This document shows, in pieces, positions 52,676-62,078 of a DNA stretch of 64,000 nucleotides. Source of the DNA: a virus (lineage: Duplodnaviria > Caudoviricetes); IMG/VR virus record IMGVR_UViG_3300012663_001722, positions 1 through 64,000 of that record; one strand, 5' to 3'. Below the pieces are notes generated by a model. The model was not told the origin of the DNA. It did no database searches and saw only the letters and a program-made list of their open reading frames with translations. The position numbers and the translations under genes are program-made. Positions within the stretch are counted from its first letter, which is position 1; every line of letters starts with the position of its first letter.

Positions 52676-53620
52676 TCATATTAAAACGCTTTCAATTGCC
52701 CAATTAAGAGCTCTTTGGCTTTCAGTATGCAAATCTCGGCTTTTATACCAGCCTCCAGTATCGGCGTCAAGTTGTTTAGCAATCATTTCAAGATCATATG
52801 CACTTATATCAAAGCCGCGTTTGAGGGCATTTGCGGCTGTTGAGCAGAGTATAAGATACATCTTATGATACCAACCACTCGTAGTTAGTGCTCGATATTC
52901 TGCAACTGCTTTTTTATTAACAAACGGACAATCAACATAGCTGCTCCATTTAGCATTGCGATTTAAACGCTGACGCTGATAATCAAGCAACTTTTGTTTA
53001 ATCTCATCACTTAGTTGTGCCTTAAAGCTTGTGCTCTTGAAACTATTGTCATTATACTCAACACTTGCGAGAAGTTCATCAACTTTAATAGGCTCTCCGT
53101 TAAAACTATGGAAAAAACTATATGCTTGTGGATATTGTGCAGGCACATAATACATGCGACTAAGATCTTTAGTTTGTGGATCTCCTAGTTCATTATATCT
53201 CTTATTAAGCGCATACCAAAAATGTTTGATTTCACCAGCTGCGATATCTCGATCACATGCTAAGACTATTCTAAACTTAGCATGTTCAGCACGACTGCTT
53301 GAGCTGTTATAAACCACACACTGACAATCCTTAAAGGTATCAATAACGCTTTGAGCATCACCATTATAGTCATCAATATCGAGTGCAGCCCAACCAGCCC
53401 AGCATTCAACATTGACATTTGCTCGTGTTGAATCTGGTTTATAAACAGCTGGACTAATTAGTGGACTGCCCTGTCGTCTTTCATCGCGTTTGGGTTTATA
53501 GCCAGGCTGAGTGTATAGATTATGCAAACATTCAACAAACTGTTCCCAGTTTTCAAACTCACCATGTCGATGAGTCTTGTTATCAAAAATTGATTTGAAT
53601 ATTGTAAAACCTATTTTCAT
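52676..53620 (-). CDS. Primase-polymerase (AEP)-like protein
   Basis: ALDIDD, YNSSS..KFRIVL, DPQTKDLSRMYYVPA. Confidence 0.65.
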   Translation of the reverse strand: MKIGFTIFKSIFDNKTHRHGEFENWEQFVECLHNLYTQPGYKPKRDERRQGSPLISPAVYKPDSTRANVNVECWAGWAALDIDDYNGDAQSVIDTFKDCQCVVYNSSSSRAEHAKFRIVLACDRDIAAGEIKHFWYALNKRYNELGDPQTKDLSRMYYVPAQYPQAYSFFHSFNGEPIKVDELLASVEYNDNSFKSTSFKAQLSDEIKQKLLDYQRQRLNRNAKWSSYVDCPFVNKKAVAEYRALTTSGWYHKMYLILCSTAANALKRGFDISAYDLEMIAKQLDADTGGWYKSRDLHTESQRALNWAIESVLI

Positions 53621-54024
53621 ACAAGTTCAGAAAAACGGCCATGATTGCCGCTATGATTTGGTGGTTGCCAGCCTTCTGGCTTAATTAAGTCTGGAAGACC
53701 AAAGGCATTTGGTCGACTTGCTTTTACGCCAACCTCTTTATTCATATTTGCAGCAAGTACTTCATTCCATGCTGCATGACTATCAACACCAAAAAGATCA
53801 AGTGTGCCGATCGCGACAACACAAAGATCAATCAATGCATCAACTGTTTCTTCAGAATCACGACGCGTAATTGCTTCTTGCAATTCAGCTAGCTCTTCTG
53901 CTAGAAAGCTTACTCTAAATTTAATAAACTCATGTAGCAGCTCTGGCGAAAGAGTCGCCATTTTAGCTTTTACATTATAATGCTCATGCATCTTTTCAAT
54001 ATCTTCTACCCAGTTTTGTGACAT
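53617..54024 (-). CDS. MazG-like all-alpha dNTP pyrophosphatase
   Basis: EELAEL..EETVDALIDL..WNEVLAANMNK..IKPEGW.PP. Confidence 0.85.
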   Translation of the reverse strand: MSQNWVEDIEKMHEHYNVKAKMATLSPELLHEFIKFRVSFLAEELAELQEAITRRDSEETVDALIDLCVVAIGTLDLFGVDSHAAWNEVLAANMNKEVGVKASRPNAFGLPDLIKPEGWQPPNHSGNHGRFSELV

Positions 54025-54046
54025 ATATTTTTTTAGTTATTTGTTA

Positions 54047-56569
54047 TTATGCGAAAAAGTCTTCGAGGCTTGAACGCTCCTCTGCGCTCCAGCCAATTGC
54101 ATCAAGAATTAGTTGTATTGGCTCAAGAAACGCCTTTTGAAATTGCATATCAAAGTCAATATAACTTTCAATCTTAAATTCAATTGGCAGTTTACCAACA
54201 AATGCTATGCAATTTTCTCGTGTTGGATTTTGTGGTCGCAAGAATATGTATTTAATCTTTTCTCCGTTTTTAATCTTTGGCACATTTTTGCAATTCACTT
54301 CATCAAGCAACCAGTTATGCATAAGACATCCACGCACATGCAGCGGTGTGCCCTTTGTATAGATGGTTTTGCGATCAGCATATTTGCGAACATTAGTAAC
54401 ACCGCGCGGCAATCCAATTTGTTCAGGAGTCATGCTTTCAAACTCACGTCTAAATTTAGCAATTGCATCTTGTGTTTGTTTTTGATTGCCGCTAATAATA
54501 ACAGAGAATAGATTTTTCATAGCTTCACGACAAACCTTTGGCGTACTGCTTTTTACTGCTTCAATGCCTTTCATTTTAATTTTAGGCTTTGCATATTGTA
54601 CGCCTTCACTGTTATGCACATTCAGAATATATCTTTTCTTTGCAGTCCAGATTGCGCGATCAGCAATAACTTCTCGCTTCATATTCATAGTATTTTTATA
54701 TGCTTGAGTCATATCAGCGAGAGTTTTAAATGTTTTTTGAAAAAGAGGCTCAAGTGCCTTGGAACCAAACTCATCAAGAAATGCTACTGGATTTTTAGGT
54801 GAGAATTGATTAACTACGTCTTCAACATTCAAATAGATGCTATCAGTGTCCATTGCAATAACATAGTCTTTAGACTTTGTGTTTTTCAAAAAGCTATTGA
54901 GATATGTATTGATTGCATACTCAGCTTTGTTAATAACAAGCTGGCCAGTAAGTGTAATGCCTTCTGCAATAAGAATATCAAAATAGCGGAAATATTTGTT
55001 TGCAATAGCACCGTAAAGACTATTCATCAAAATCTTGATACACATCTGCTCAGTATCAAGCCGAGAGATTTCAGATACGAGAGCTGGAGACTTTGAGATT
55101 TCATAGTCTTGCTGTTTGCCTAACATCTCCTTTTTAATAATCACGCGGCGATTATAAAGCTCTTCAACAATCGCTGGCAAAAAGCCCTGTTTATCTCGAC
55201 GAAATGTTGCACCATTTGCGGCAACAGCAAGATTATCTTCTAAGCCATCAATTTTAGATAGAGTCAATAGCTTATCAGGACCTAATCCACTAATCACGCT
55301 ATGTCGTACGAGCATTTCGGGACTCATGTTATATTGAATAATGATATTAGGATATAGACTATTCAAGTCGAAGCTTAGCACCCAATTATACATGCCAGGT
55401 TTTGGATCCTTAACATATCCACCAGCATAGTCTTGTGCAAAGCTAGCTCTATTATTTGGTGGTACAGCAATTTTTTTATTTGCGAGATAGCGAAAGATAA
55501 TGCTATCCCAGATACCAACAGTGCCGAGTGTATCGGCATAGTTAACACCGCCAAAATAGGCAAGTGTAAAAACTAGATTAAGCAGGCCGAGCTTTTGCTC
55601 AAAGCGTTCAATAAGTTCAACGTCAACAACGTTATATTCAACATATGTTTGATAGTCTGTTTCATAGAGATTTTTTAGACTGCCACTATAATCAACCTTA
55701 TTTTCGCCAAGCACAACTTCAGCGATATGATCAAGCTTATAACTTTCTTGTTGACCATATGTGTTGAGAGTAAATTTCTTAAAGAGCTCAAGATAGTCGA
55801 GTTGTTGTATGCCTACGATATTATAACCATATTGCTCTTGACCTTTGACAGTGACATTGCGCTCTTCAATTTGTTTCCATGGACTAAGCTTAAGAACTTC
55901 TCCTTCATCAAGCAAAAGACTGCAGCGATTAACAAGATATGGTATATCGAAAAAGTTTGTGTTCCAGCCAGTAATAACATCAGGTGTATTATCAGGATCA
56001 CTCCACCAATCAATAAAGTCTTGAAGCATATCAGACTCTTTGATAAACTCGCGATATTCAATTTTCAAATGGCGAAGCTTGCTAATTGACATGTCATATT
56101 CTTTAAGACCCCAAACAATATAAACATCTTGTCGACTACTCTTAACAGTAATTGTTAGCACACGATTGCTTGCCATGCGTGCTTCACTATAGCTTCCTTC
56201 TTCATCGCAGTCAACCTCAATATCGATATACGCAATATCAATAAAACGCTTGACATAGTCAATCCTATCTGGAAATTGGCTTTGAATAAACGCAGGAATC
56301 CAACGATCATTGCCATAGATCTTAAAACCAGAAATGCCTTCATATTGTTTTGTAAAAGCTCGGGCTTCGCTCATGCTATCAAATCGAACTGGCTCCAGAG
56401 CTTTGTCATCAAGACTGCGCCAACCGCTTTTTGGATCCTTTGATTCAACATATAGACATGGCTTATATCGAAAGCTTTCATAGAGTTTTTTACCGCTCGC
56501 ATCATAGCCTCGATATTTAATGCTATTCATGTGGCGATCCACGTTTGTATAAAAACCAGTTAATGTCAT
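54047..56569 (-). CDS. 43: Family B DNA polymerase (gp43)
   Basis: DIEVD, GWNTNFFD, SFDLNSLYP, KILMNSLYG, DTDS, KKRY. Confidence 0.97.
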   Translation of the reverse strand: MTLTGFYTNVDRHMNSIKYRGYDASGKKLYESFRYKPCLYVESKDPKSGWRSLDDKALEPVRFDSMSEARAFTKQYEGISGFKIYGNDRWIPAFIQSQFPDRIDYVKRFIDIAYIDIEVDCDEEGSYSEARMASNRVLTITVKSSRQDVYIVWGLKEYDMSISKLRHLKIEYREFIKESDMLQDFIDWWSDPDNTPDVITGWNTNFFDIPYLVNRCSLLLDEGEVLKLSPWKQIEERNVTVKGQEQYGYNIVGIQQLDYLELFKKFTLNTYGQQESYKLDHIAEVVLGENKVDYSGSLKNLYETDYQTYVEYNVVDVELIERFEQKLGLLNLVFTLAYFGGVNYADTLGTVGIWDSIIFRYLANKKIAVPPNNRASFAQDYAGGYVKDPKPGMYNWVLSFDLNSLYPNIIIQYNMSPEMLVRHSVISGLGPDKLLTLSKIDGLEDNLAVAANGATFRRDKQGFLPAIVEELYNRRVIIKKEMLGKQQDYEISKSPALVSEISRLDTEQMCIKILMNSLYGAIANKYFRYFDILIAEGITLTGQLVINKAEYAINTYLNSFLKNTKSKDYVIAMDTDSIYLNVEDVVNQFSPKNPVAFLDEFGSKALEPLFQKTFKTLADMTQAYKNTMNMKREVIADRAIWTAKKRYILNVHNSEGVQYAKPKIKMKGIEAVKSSTPKVCREAMKNLFSVIISGNQKQTQDAIAKFRREFESMTPEQIGLPRGVTNVRKYADRKTIYTKGTPLHVRGCLMHNWLLDEVNCKNVPKIKNGEKIKYIFLRPQNPTRENCIAFVGKLPIEFKIESYIDFDMQFQKAFLEPIQLILDAIGWSAEERSSLEDFFA

Positions 56570-56606
56570 GTCACTATATTACCACAAATTTTATCATTTG
56601 TAAACC
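56570..56606 (-). promoter_or_regulatory. sigma70-like promoter for gp43, probably leaderless
   Basis: GTTTACA..TGTGGTAATAT, 6 nt to ATG. Confidence 0.65.
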
Positions 56607-56634
56607 AAAAAAGCACTGCTTAAGCAGTGCTTTT
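56607..56634. terminator. Terminator hairpin with A/T tracts on both sides
   Basis: aaaagcactgct/agcagtgctttt. Confidence 0.85.
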
Positions 56635-56659
56635 GTTTTAAGAATATTGGAACTTAATA

Positions 56660-57313
56660 TTATTTAATAGTTTTGCCAAACAATAGTTCCTTTGCTTGCT
56701 CTAATATTGTTTTTCCACTATAATGAGATTCGTTTTTCATTTTGGAGATTTTGGCTAAATCAACAATGGATCTTTTTAAGCCGCTCATATCGGCAGGAGA
56801 CTGCAAATATAGCTTGCCAATATTTTTTAGTGCAGAGGCAGCAACTGTTGCACGTGTTCTAACTCCATCTTTTTCTTTTTGCAATATTAGATTAAGAAGA
56901 TCTTTGCCTGCGACTAGTGGTTTTAAGTATTTGGTAACATAGTTAACTGTTAAAAAGTCAGTTTTTACCCCTTTATCATTTTCTAGGCCATAGCTCTTTA
57001 ATTTAGCTTTCGTAGCTGCACTTTCATTATTAATAATCTCAGTAAGAGCAGCTAATGCCTCTTTATAATTATTTTTGAAAAATGTTTTTGCGATACTATT
57101 AATTAGGGCATTGCTATCTTTTAGACACTTAAGAAGTGCATCAGCATAATATTGATTCATATCATCAACTGAGATTTCTGTTTTCATAATACCAGCTTTT
57201 GCCTTTGATGCAGACTTTAATAGATCCTCTGAATCACCAATAAATTGTTCTGTAGCATCTTGATAAGCAACGGCAATACTTTTTATTAATTTCTTATATT
57301 GATCTTTTTCCAT
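56660..57313 (-). CDS. Late-expressed hypothetical protein
   Basis: 217 aa helical, Lys-rich; TATAAATA at 57321-57328. Confidence 0.65.
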   Translation of the reverse strand: MEKDQYKKLIKSIAVAYQDATEQFIGDSEDLLKSASKAKAGIMKTEISVDDMNQYYADALLKCLKDSNALINSIAKTFFKNNYKEALAALTEIINNESAATKAKLKSYGLENDKGVKTDFLTVNYVTKYLKPLVAGKDLLNLILQKEKDGVRTRATVAASALKNIGKLYLQSPADMSGLKRSIVDLAKISKMKNESHYSGKTILEQAKELLFGKTIK

Positions 57314-57320
57314 ATTATCT

Positions 57321-57328
57321 TATTTATA
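57321..57328 (-). promoter_or_regulatory. T4-type late promoter TATAAATA
   Basis: Exact match upstream of 57313. Confidence 0.75.
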
Positions 57329-57334
57329 GTTTTT

Positions 57335-57757
57335 TTACTTTTTAACTACTCCAATTTTATATTTGGCTTCAAGACTCCATTCACTCTTTTCGCGATATGG
57401 TACAATCTTGATGCTCTTTAGGCTGCTAACGTTATTAGCAATCTTATTGCGATCAACAATAGTGCATAGTCCCCAATCGTGCAGCAAGCTTGCAATTGCA
57501 TTACGACGAGCAATGTCATCGCTACTCAATGTGCTAGGCTTGCCATCAAGCATAAAGAGCTCTTTGAAATGGCAGATATAATAACGACCTTGTTTATGCA
57601 AGATGTGACAGCTTTGCCAAAGTTTCTTTTCTTCGTTTTTACTTGCGACACCAATACGTGTTAGCGTCTCTTTAACCTTCAAGAAATCATCTGGCTCTTC
57701 AAGTGAAATCTCTAGCATCCAGCTACTATTCCATTCATAATCTGATTGTGTTGTCAT
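57335..57757 (-). CDS. regA: Translational repressor RegA
   Basis: EPDDFLKVKETLTRIGVAS..L.QSCHILHKQGRYYI.HFKELF.LDG; start refined. Confidence 0.95.
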   Translation of the reverse strand: MTTQSDYEWNSSWMLEISLEEPDDFLKVKETLTRIGVASKNEEKKLWQSCHILHKQGRYYICHFKELFMLDGKPSTLSSDDIARRNAIASLLHDWGLCTIVDRNKIANNVSSLKSIKIVPYREKSEWSLEAKYKIGVVKK

Positions 57758-57770
57758 GTTACTATTTATC

Positions 57771-58202
57771 TTAACATTTTCCTCCAACATTCATAGCAAG
57801 TCGCAATTCTCGCAAAGCATCCTCTCCGAAGAGAGGCAATACTTCTCGAGCTTTTTGACTGCTATAGCCATAGCGACGTTTGATTAGTTCAACATCATCG
57901 CCGTCTGGCAATGCCTTGAACCATTTACTAAAACGTTTGCGAGGCCTCAGACTATGTCGATAAAAATCATATGACATTTTTGCTGGCAAGTCATGATGAA
58001 TATTCATCTCATTTGCAAAGAGTATGCTATCTTGAAAAAAGCTTAATCCGCGATTAATCATAAACGAGTTATAAGCCTTTTCATTCTCAGAGACTGTCGC
58101 TTCTGTTGGAGTAGCAGTGCTATCACACAACAAATCATCGACCTTTGGGCCACTATTAATATTTGTTAAAATATCAAAAAAGTTAATTGGTTTTTTACTC
58201 AT
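57771..58202 (-). CDS. 62: Clamp loader small subunit (gp62)
   Basis: YNSFMINRGLS..D.ILFANEMN..KRFSKW..YGYS..KARE. Confidence 0.9.
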   Translation of the reverse strand: MSKKPINFFDILTNINSGPKVDDLLCDSTATPTEATVSENEKAYNSFMINRGLSFFQDSILFANEMNIHHDLPAKMSYDFYRHSLRPRKRFSKWFKALPDGDDVELIKRRYGYSSQKAREVLPLFGEDALRELRLAMNVGGKC

Positions 58203-59134
58203 TTCCAATTTACTGTTCCCATAAGTTCAGTGCAGCATGCAACAAGATTAATTTCTTTATCTGCTACAAAACTAGATTTATATTGATAGTCGGCTAGAAT
58301 AAGAACAGCTGCTGGTTTACTCGCAGGCTCGATCCAACTATCCATGTTATCATAGATCTTGCGAAAGACATATGTGCTATCGCCATTGCTGCTATTTGCA
58401 ACCCACTCACGCATAGTCTTAAAGTTTTTAGTTTTAAGGCTATCACGCAGAACTTCAAAACTATCATCACCGCTATCAGCTAGAATGTGAGCTCCGATAC
58501 TACCACTTAATGCGTGACGTTGACATTCGCCAATCACTCGTCTCCAGTCTGGAGCATGCTTGCAAATAAGTTGGGCAAGCACAGCATCATCTGCACTTAC
58601 ACCTTCGCTTTGCAAGATATATTGCAGCCGTTGCATAAACTTGCCTGCTAATGAAGCTAGTGTCTTTTTATTGACATTAAATTCAACTACAGTGCATCGA
58701 CTATGCAATGGCTCAATAATACGATTTTTGAAATTACAAGTTAAGATGAAACGACAGTTATTACTAAACTCTTCCATAAATGCACGCAACGCTGGCTGAG
58801 TGCTATGAACGCCGAGATATTCGGCCTCGTCAATAATAACAACTTTGGTGCCACCACTTAAACTAATACTGCTTGCAAATTGTTTAATTTTGTTTCGCAG
58901 CACATCAATGCCACTCTCTTCAGAGCCGTTGATGAAAATCCAATCACACCCCATTTCTTTGCAAAGTGCCTTTGCTAGTGTTGTTTTGCCAGTGCCTGCG
59001 CTGCCAGCAAAAATCATATTTGGTACATTGCCACTCTTAACAATCTCTTGAAAGGTTGTCTTAAGAGTTTTTGGCAGGATGCAATCTTCAATTTTTTGTG
59101 GTCTATATTTTTCTACCCAAAGTGTTTCTGTCAT
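58199..59134 (-). CDS. 44: Clamp loader large subunit (gp44)
   Basis: LWVEKYRP, GSAGTGKTT, IIDEAE, LHSRC, PDWRR. Confidence 0.95.
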   Translation of the reverse strand: MTETLWVEKYRPQKIEDCILPKTLKTTFQEIVKSGNVPNMIFAGSAGTGKTTLAKALCKEMGCDWIFINGSEESGIDVLRNKIKQFASSISLSGGTKVVIIDEAEYLGVHSTQPALRAFMEEFSNNCRFILTCNFKNRIIEPLHSRCTVVEFNVNKKTLASLAGKFMQRLQYILQSEGVSADDAVLAQLICKHAPDWRRVIGECQRHALSGSIGAHILADSGDDSFEVLRDSLKTKNFKTMREWVANSSNGDSTYVFRKIYDNMDSWIEPASKPAAVLILADYQYKSSFVADKEINLVACCTELMGTVNWK

Positions 59135-59137
59135 AAT

Positions 59138-59392
59138 TTATTGTTTCTTCAATGCGTCATATAATGATTTAATATCGCTGGTTTCTTCTTCAAAACTTGC
59201 TCCAGCTCGTTTATGATAGAGACGCGCTACCTTACGAACCATTGGTTTTGGCAGATCAAGACTATCATGCACAGCATGAATAATTTCTTTGATCTGATCT
59301 TTAGCAGCATCGACAATATCGAGCTGCTCATCAATTTCTTTGATCGCATCATAAAATGCGACTCGATCTGTTTCAGACTTGAATTCAATCAT
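59138..59392 (-). CDS. T4 DsbA-like dsDNA-binding protein
   Basis: AIKEID..IKEI..LPK.MVRKVARLYHK..FEEE pattern. Confidence 0.65.
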   Translation of the reverse strand: MIEFKSETDRVAFYDAIKEIDEQLDIVDAAKDQIKEIIHAVHDSLDLPKPMVRKVARLYHKRAGASFEEETSDIKSLYDALKKQ

Positions 59393-59394
59393 GT

Positions 59395-59658
59395 TTATAG
59401 AGGAAGTTCAAGTTGTTGTTGAGCTGCGTCAGGTTGGCAATCACCATCACAAACTTCAAGCTGACGCTCGCAGTCGCAGTCGGTTGAGCATTCTGCTTCA
59501 ACCTCAGATTCTAGCATCTGACCGAGAAACTGCATGGTAGCATATACTTCACCAACAAGATGCAATTCATCTTCATGAAATGCTGCTCGATCGCGGCATG
59601 CTTCAATAATTGCCAATACACAGAAAAATGGATTTTTATTTGCTTCGATTAATTTCAT
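59395..59658 (-). CDS. Hypothetical acidic protein
   Basis: IIEAC.DR.AF..DEL..VG pattern. Confidence 0.6.
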   Translation of the reverse strand: MKLIEANKNPFFCVLAIIEACRDRAAFHEDELHLVGEVYATMQFLGQMLESEVEAECSTDCDCERQLEVCDGDCQPDAAQQQLELPL

Positions 59659-59671
59659 AGTAAGTTATCTA

Positions 59672-60343
59672 TTACGCGTTAAATGTTGAAGTCTTTTCAA
59701 GTGCGATGTAATATTGAACGCCTGCACCAGCGTGAGTCCAATGACTAATAAAGCGTTTGCTAAGCTCGACACTATAGTCACCATTTAGCAACTTAAGATT
59801 GGCAATCAAAATATGAAAGTCAAAGCTATCAGTATTGTCATTGCTAGAGTCAAGCAGCAATTCAAAACTATTTGCGCTACTATTTTTTGGATCACTAATT
59901 CGTGCAATAATCTTGCCGCTATTGCCGACAATACTCAACACACTTTGACCAAGAATTGCAGCAGCTTTGCGTAATTGACCAAGCTGAGCATTTGAAAATG
60001 ATACTGTCACATCAACGCTAGGCATAGTAATGCTCTTTTGTGGATGTGTAAGAATATTTGGATCTGCAAAACGATAGTTTGCGCTGATGCCTCCATCACT
60101 AATCTTGACGCTCTTGTCCGAGAATTCAAGTTCAGCATCAGTGGAGCCGATCAAGCCATATACATTCATGAATTCATTGAGATCATAGATTCCAAAGTCA
60201 ACATCAAAGGTTGGGCTTGCTGTAGCATAGATGCTTTTTGCATCGTTAATTGTATCAAGCGGCTTATTAGCCTTGACAACAAGATTAGGGTTGATTGACG
60301 CAAAATTGCGTAGGATTTCGATTGTGTTTGTTTCTAACTTCAT
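59672..60343 (-). CDS. 45: Sliding clamp (gp45)
   Basis: LRNFASINPNL, FGIYDLNEF, NLKLL.GDY.V, YYIALE. Confidence 0.95.
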   Translation of the reverse strand: MKLETNTIEILRNFASINPNLVVKANKPLDTINDAKSIYATASPTFDVDFGIYDLNEFMNVYGLIGSTDAELEFSDKSVKISDGGISANYRFADPNILTHPQKSITMPSVDVTVSFSNAQLGQLRKAAAILGQSVLSIVGNSGKIIARISDPKNSSANSFELLLDSSNDNTDSFDFHILIANLKLLNGDYSVELSKRFISHWTHAGAGVQYYIALEKTSTFNA

Positions 60344-60392
60344 AGTGTTATTAATATATCATAAGGCGTGATGTTTGTAAACAAAAAAATAC

Positions 60393-60421
60393 ATCTTGTC
60401 GACCACCACAATCGACAAGAT
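60393..60421 (-). terminator. Hairpin, probable terminator
   Basis: atcttgtcga/tcgacaagat stem with downstream U-tract. Confidence 0.7.
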
Positions 60422-60440
60422 GCTATTGCTAAGCGAGCTA

Positions 60441-60710
60441 TTAGCCACGCTTAGGAGATCCCAAACGATAGCGCATAACTGTGCCACCGGATTTGGTCTT
60501 ACGAGGATTGCAATAGATTGCAGCTCCTTCGTTACGAAGATTATAAATTACGCGAGCAGGATCGGCGATGCCAGCAAGTTTAGCTTCAACTGTGCTAAAT
60601 TCATGACCTTCTTCGAGAAAGCTATAAATCGCAGCGGCTTGAGTGCTATTTTTTACGAGACGAACGAATTTCTCGAGTTGTTTTTGTGTCAGTTTTGTAC
60701 TTGGTTTCAT
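60441..60710 (-). CDS. Small basic winged-HTH-like protein
   Basis: L.EGH..ST..A..GI..PARVIYNLR.EG..I..N..YRLG pattern. Confidence 0.6.
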   Translation of the reverse strand: MKPSTKLTQKQLEKFVRLVKNSTQAAAIYSFLEEGHEFSTVEAKLAGIADPARVIYNLRNEGAAIYCNPRKTKSGGTVMRYRLGSPKRG

Positions 60711-60760
60711 ATGTTATGTTGTTTGTTGTTTTGTGATTAGTCAATATTGTCGACTAAAGC

Positions 60761-61939
60761 TTAGAAAGGGACTTCGTCAACTGCAGTGAGAAGAGTATTA
60801 TCGGCGAGACTCTGTGCATCAATTTTGCTATAGAGGTCGAGAAATGCTTCGCGAGTATCGTTATCAAAGCGAGCAATGCACATGCGAATTGCAGTCATGC
60901 GATCGCGAAAGATAGCAAAGCTCTTAACGATGTGACAGAGGCGTCGTGTAGAGACTACTTCATCCACACCTTCGTTTTCAAAGGTGGCGCGAATAACGCT
61001 GCTCCATGATACAAGCCTATTAGCAAACTCATCGTCATCGCATTGTAAGCTAGTCATATGCTTCTTGACAATTTTGAGCTCAGTAGCAAACTCAGGATAT
61101 GGCTGGTCGATGCTAGCAACAAAGCGTTCAATGAATGCTTCGTCAATGATTTGAGCTGCCACATAGCGACCATCATCGCTGCCGCGACCCTTTGTGTTGG
61201 CGGTTGCAATGACGTTAAAGCCTGGGGCCGGAGTCACGGTCTCACCTGTTTTCTTGATGAGAATTGGCTTGCCTTCGAGAACGCCTTGCAAACACATAAT
61301 TTTGTTGCTGCCGCGGTCGAGCTCATCAATAAGTAGGATGGCACCACGTTTCATCGCTTTGATGACTGGACCATGTTGGAAAACTGTCTCGCCATTGACA
61401 AGACGAAAGCCGCCGAGAAGATCATCTTCGTCTGTTTCGGGACTGATTTGCACACGCACATATTCGCGCTTGCTTTTGGCGCATGCTTGCTCAACCATAA
61501 TGGTCTTGCCATTGCCGCTCATGCCGCTAATATAGAGTGGGAAAAACATGCGACTATCAACAATGCGCTTGACATTTTGATATTCTCCCCATGGAATGAA
61601 ATTACTATCAACAGCAGGCACATAAATCTCATCGCTTGATACACTCTGCACTCCGCGTAGAGCCACAACTGGTGCAGCCTTTGGAGTTGGAGTTGGAGTT
61701 GGAGTTGGAGTTGGAGCTTGAGTTTGAACTTGTGCGGCAACTACGCCATCGGCGAGATGCGCTAAGTTCCATGAGCCGCGACCAACTTTGTGCGTCATAA
61801 AGGTGCTATTTGCACCGTTATAGCTAAAGCCATTGGCACGTGCGTGCTCATAGATTTGAGTTGTGCTTGCTGTGGGCCAGGCGCCAATAGCTTTGAGTGA
61901 CGCGAGGGTGGATTCGATATTTCCTGATTTAGTGGACAT
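60761..61939 (-). CDS. MoxR/CobS-like AAA+ ATPase
   Basis: GMSGNGKT, LLIDELD, VIATANTKG, AFIERF, STRRL. Confidence 0.92.
   Translation of the reverse strand: MSTKSGNIESTLASLKAIGAWPTASTTQIYEHARANGFSYNGANSTFMTHKVGRGSWNLAHLADGVVAAQVQTQAPTPTPTPTPTPKAAPVVALRGVQSVSSDEIYVPAVDSNFIPWGEYQNVKRIVDSRMFFPLYISGMSGNGKTIMVEQACAKSKREYVRVQISPETDEDDLLGGFRLVNGETVFQHGPVIKAMKRGAILLIDELDRGSNKIMCLQGVLEGKPILIKKTGETVTPAPGFNVIATANTKGRGSDDGRYVAAQIIDEAFIERFVASIDQPYPEFATELKIVKKHMTSLQCDDDEFANRLVSWSSVIRATFENEGVDEVVSTRRLCHIVKSFAIFRDRMTAIRMCIARFDNDTREAFLDLYSKIDAQSLADNTLLTAVDEVPF
61681..61716. repeat. (ttggag)6 microsatellite encoding a Pro-Thr linker
   Basis: Six perfect hexamer copies within the ATPase gene. Confidence 0.9.
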
Positions 61940-61974
61940 AATATTGTGGTGTAGGAGAGAAGTTTTTCAGCCGC

Positions 61975-62074
61975 TGCTGACTTGGATATCTTAACAAAAA
62001 GGGAGAGAAAAGTAAACAAAAAAGTGATAAAAAGTGAAAATATTTTAGGGCCCCCTGGGGGGGGGGGGTGGCCT
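61975..62074 (-). promoter_or_regulatory. Early promoter type II with upstream GC-rich element (G12 run)
   Basis: -10 TAAGAT 61988-61993, -35 TTTACT 62011-62016, GC element 62048-62074. Confidence 0.75.
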
Positions 62075-62078
62075 CAGA

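Noticed and set aside
32969-56569. Introns or inteins in nrdA, nrdB, helicase, uvsX or polymerase
   Set aside because: All are continuous with ordinary lengths and no intein motifs seen
61681-61716. Hexamer microsatellite as a phase-variation switch
   Set aside because: In-frame Pro-Thr linker; length change would not switch expression
62048-62074. G12 run as a G-quadruplex
   Set aside because: A single run whose length may be an assembly artefact; treated as part of the GC-element family
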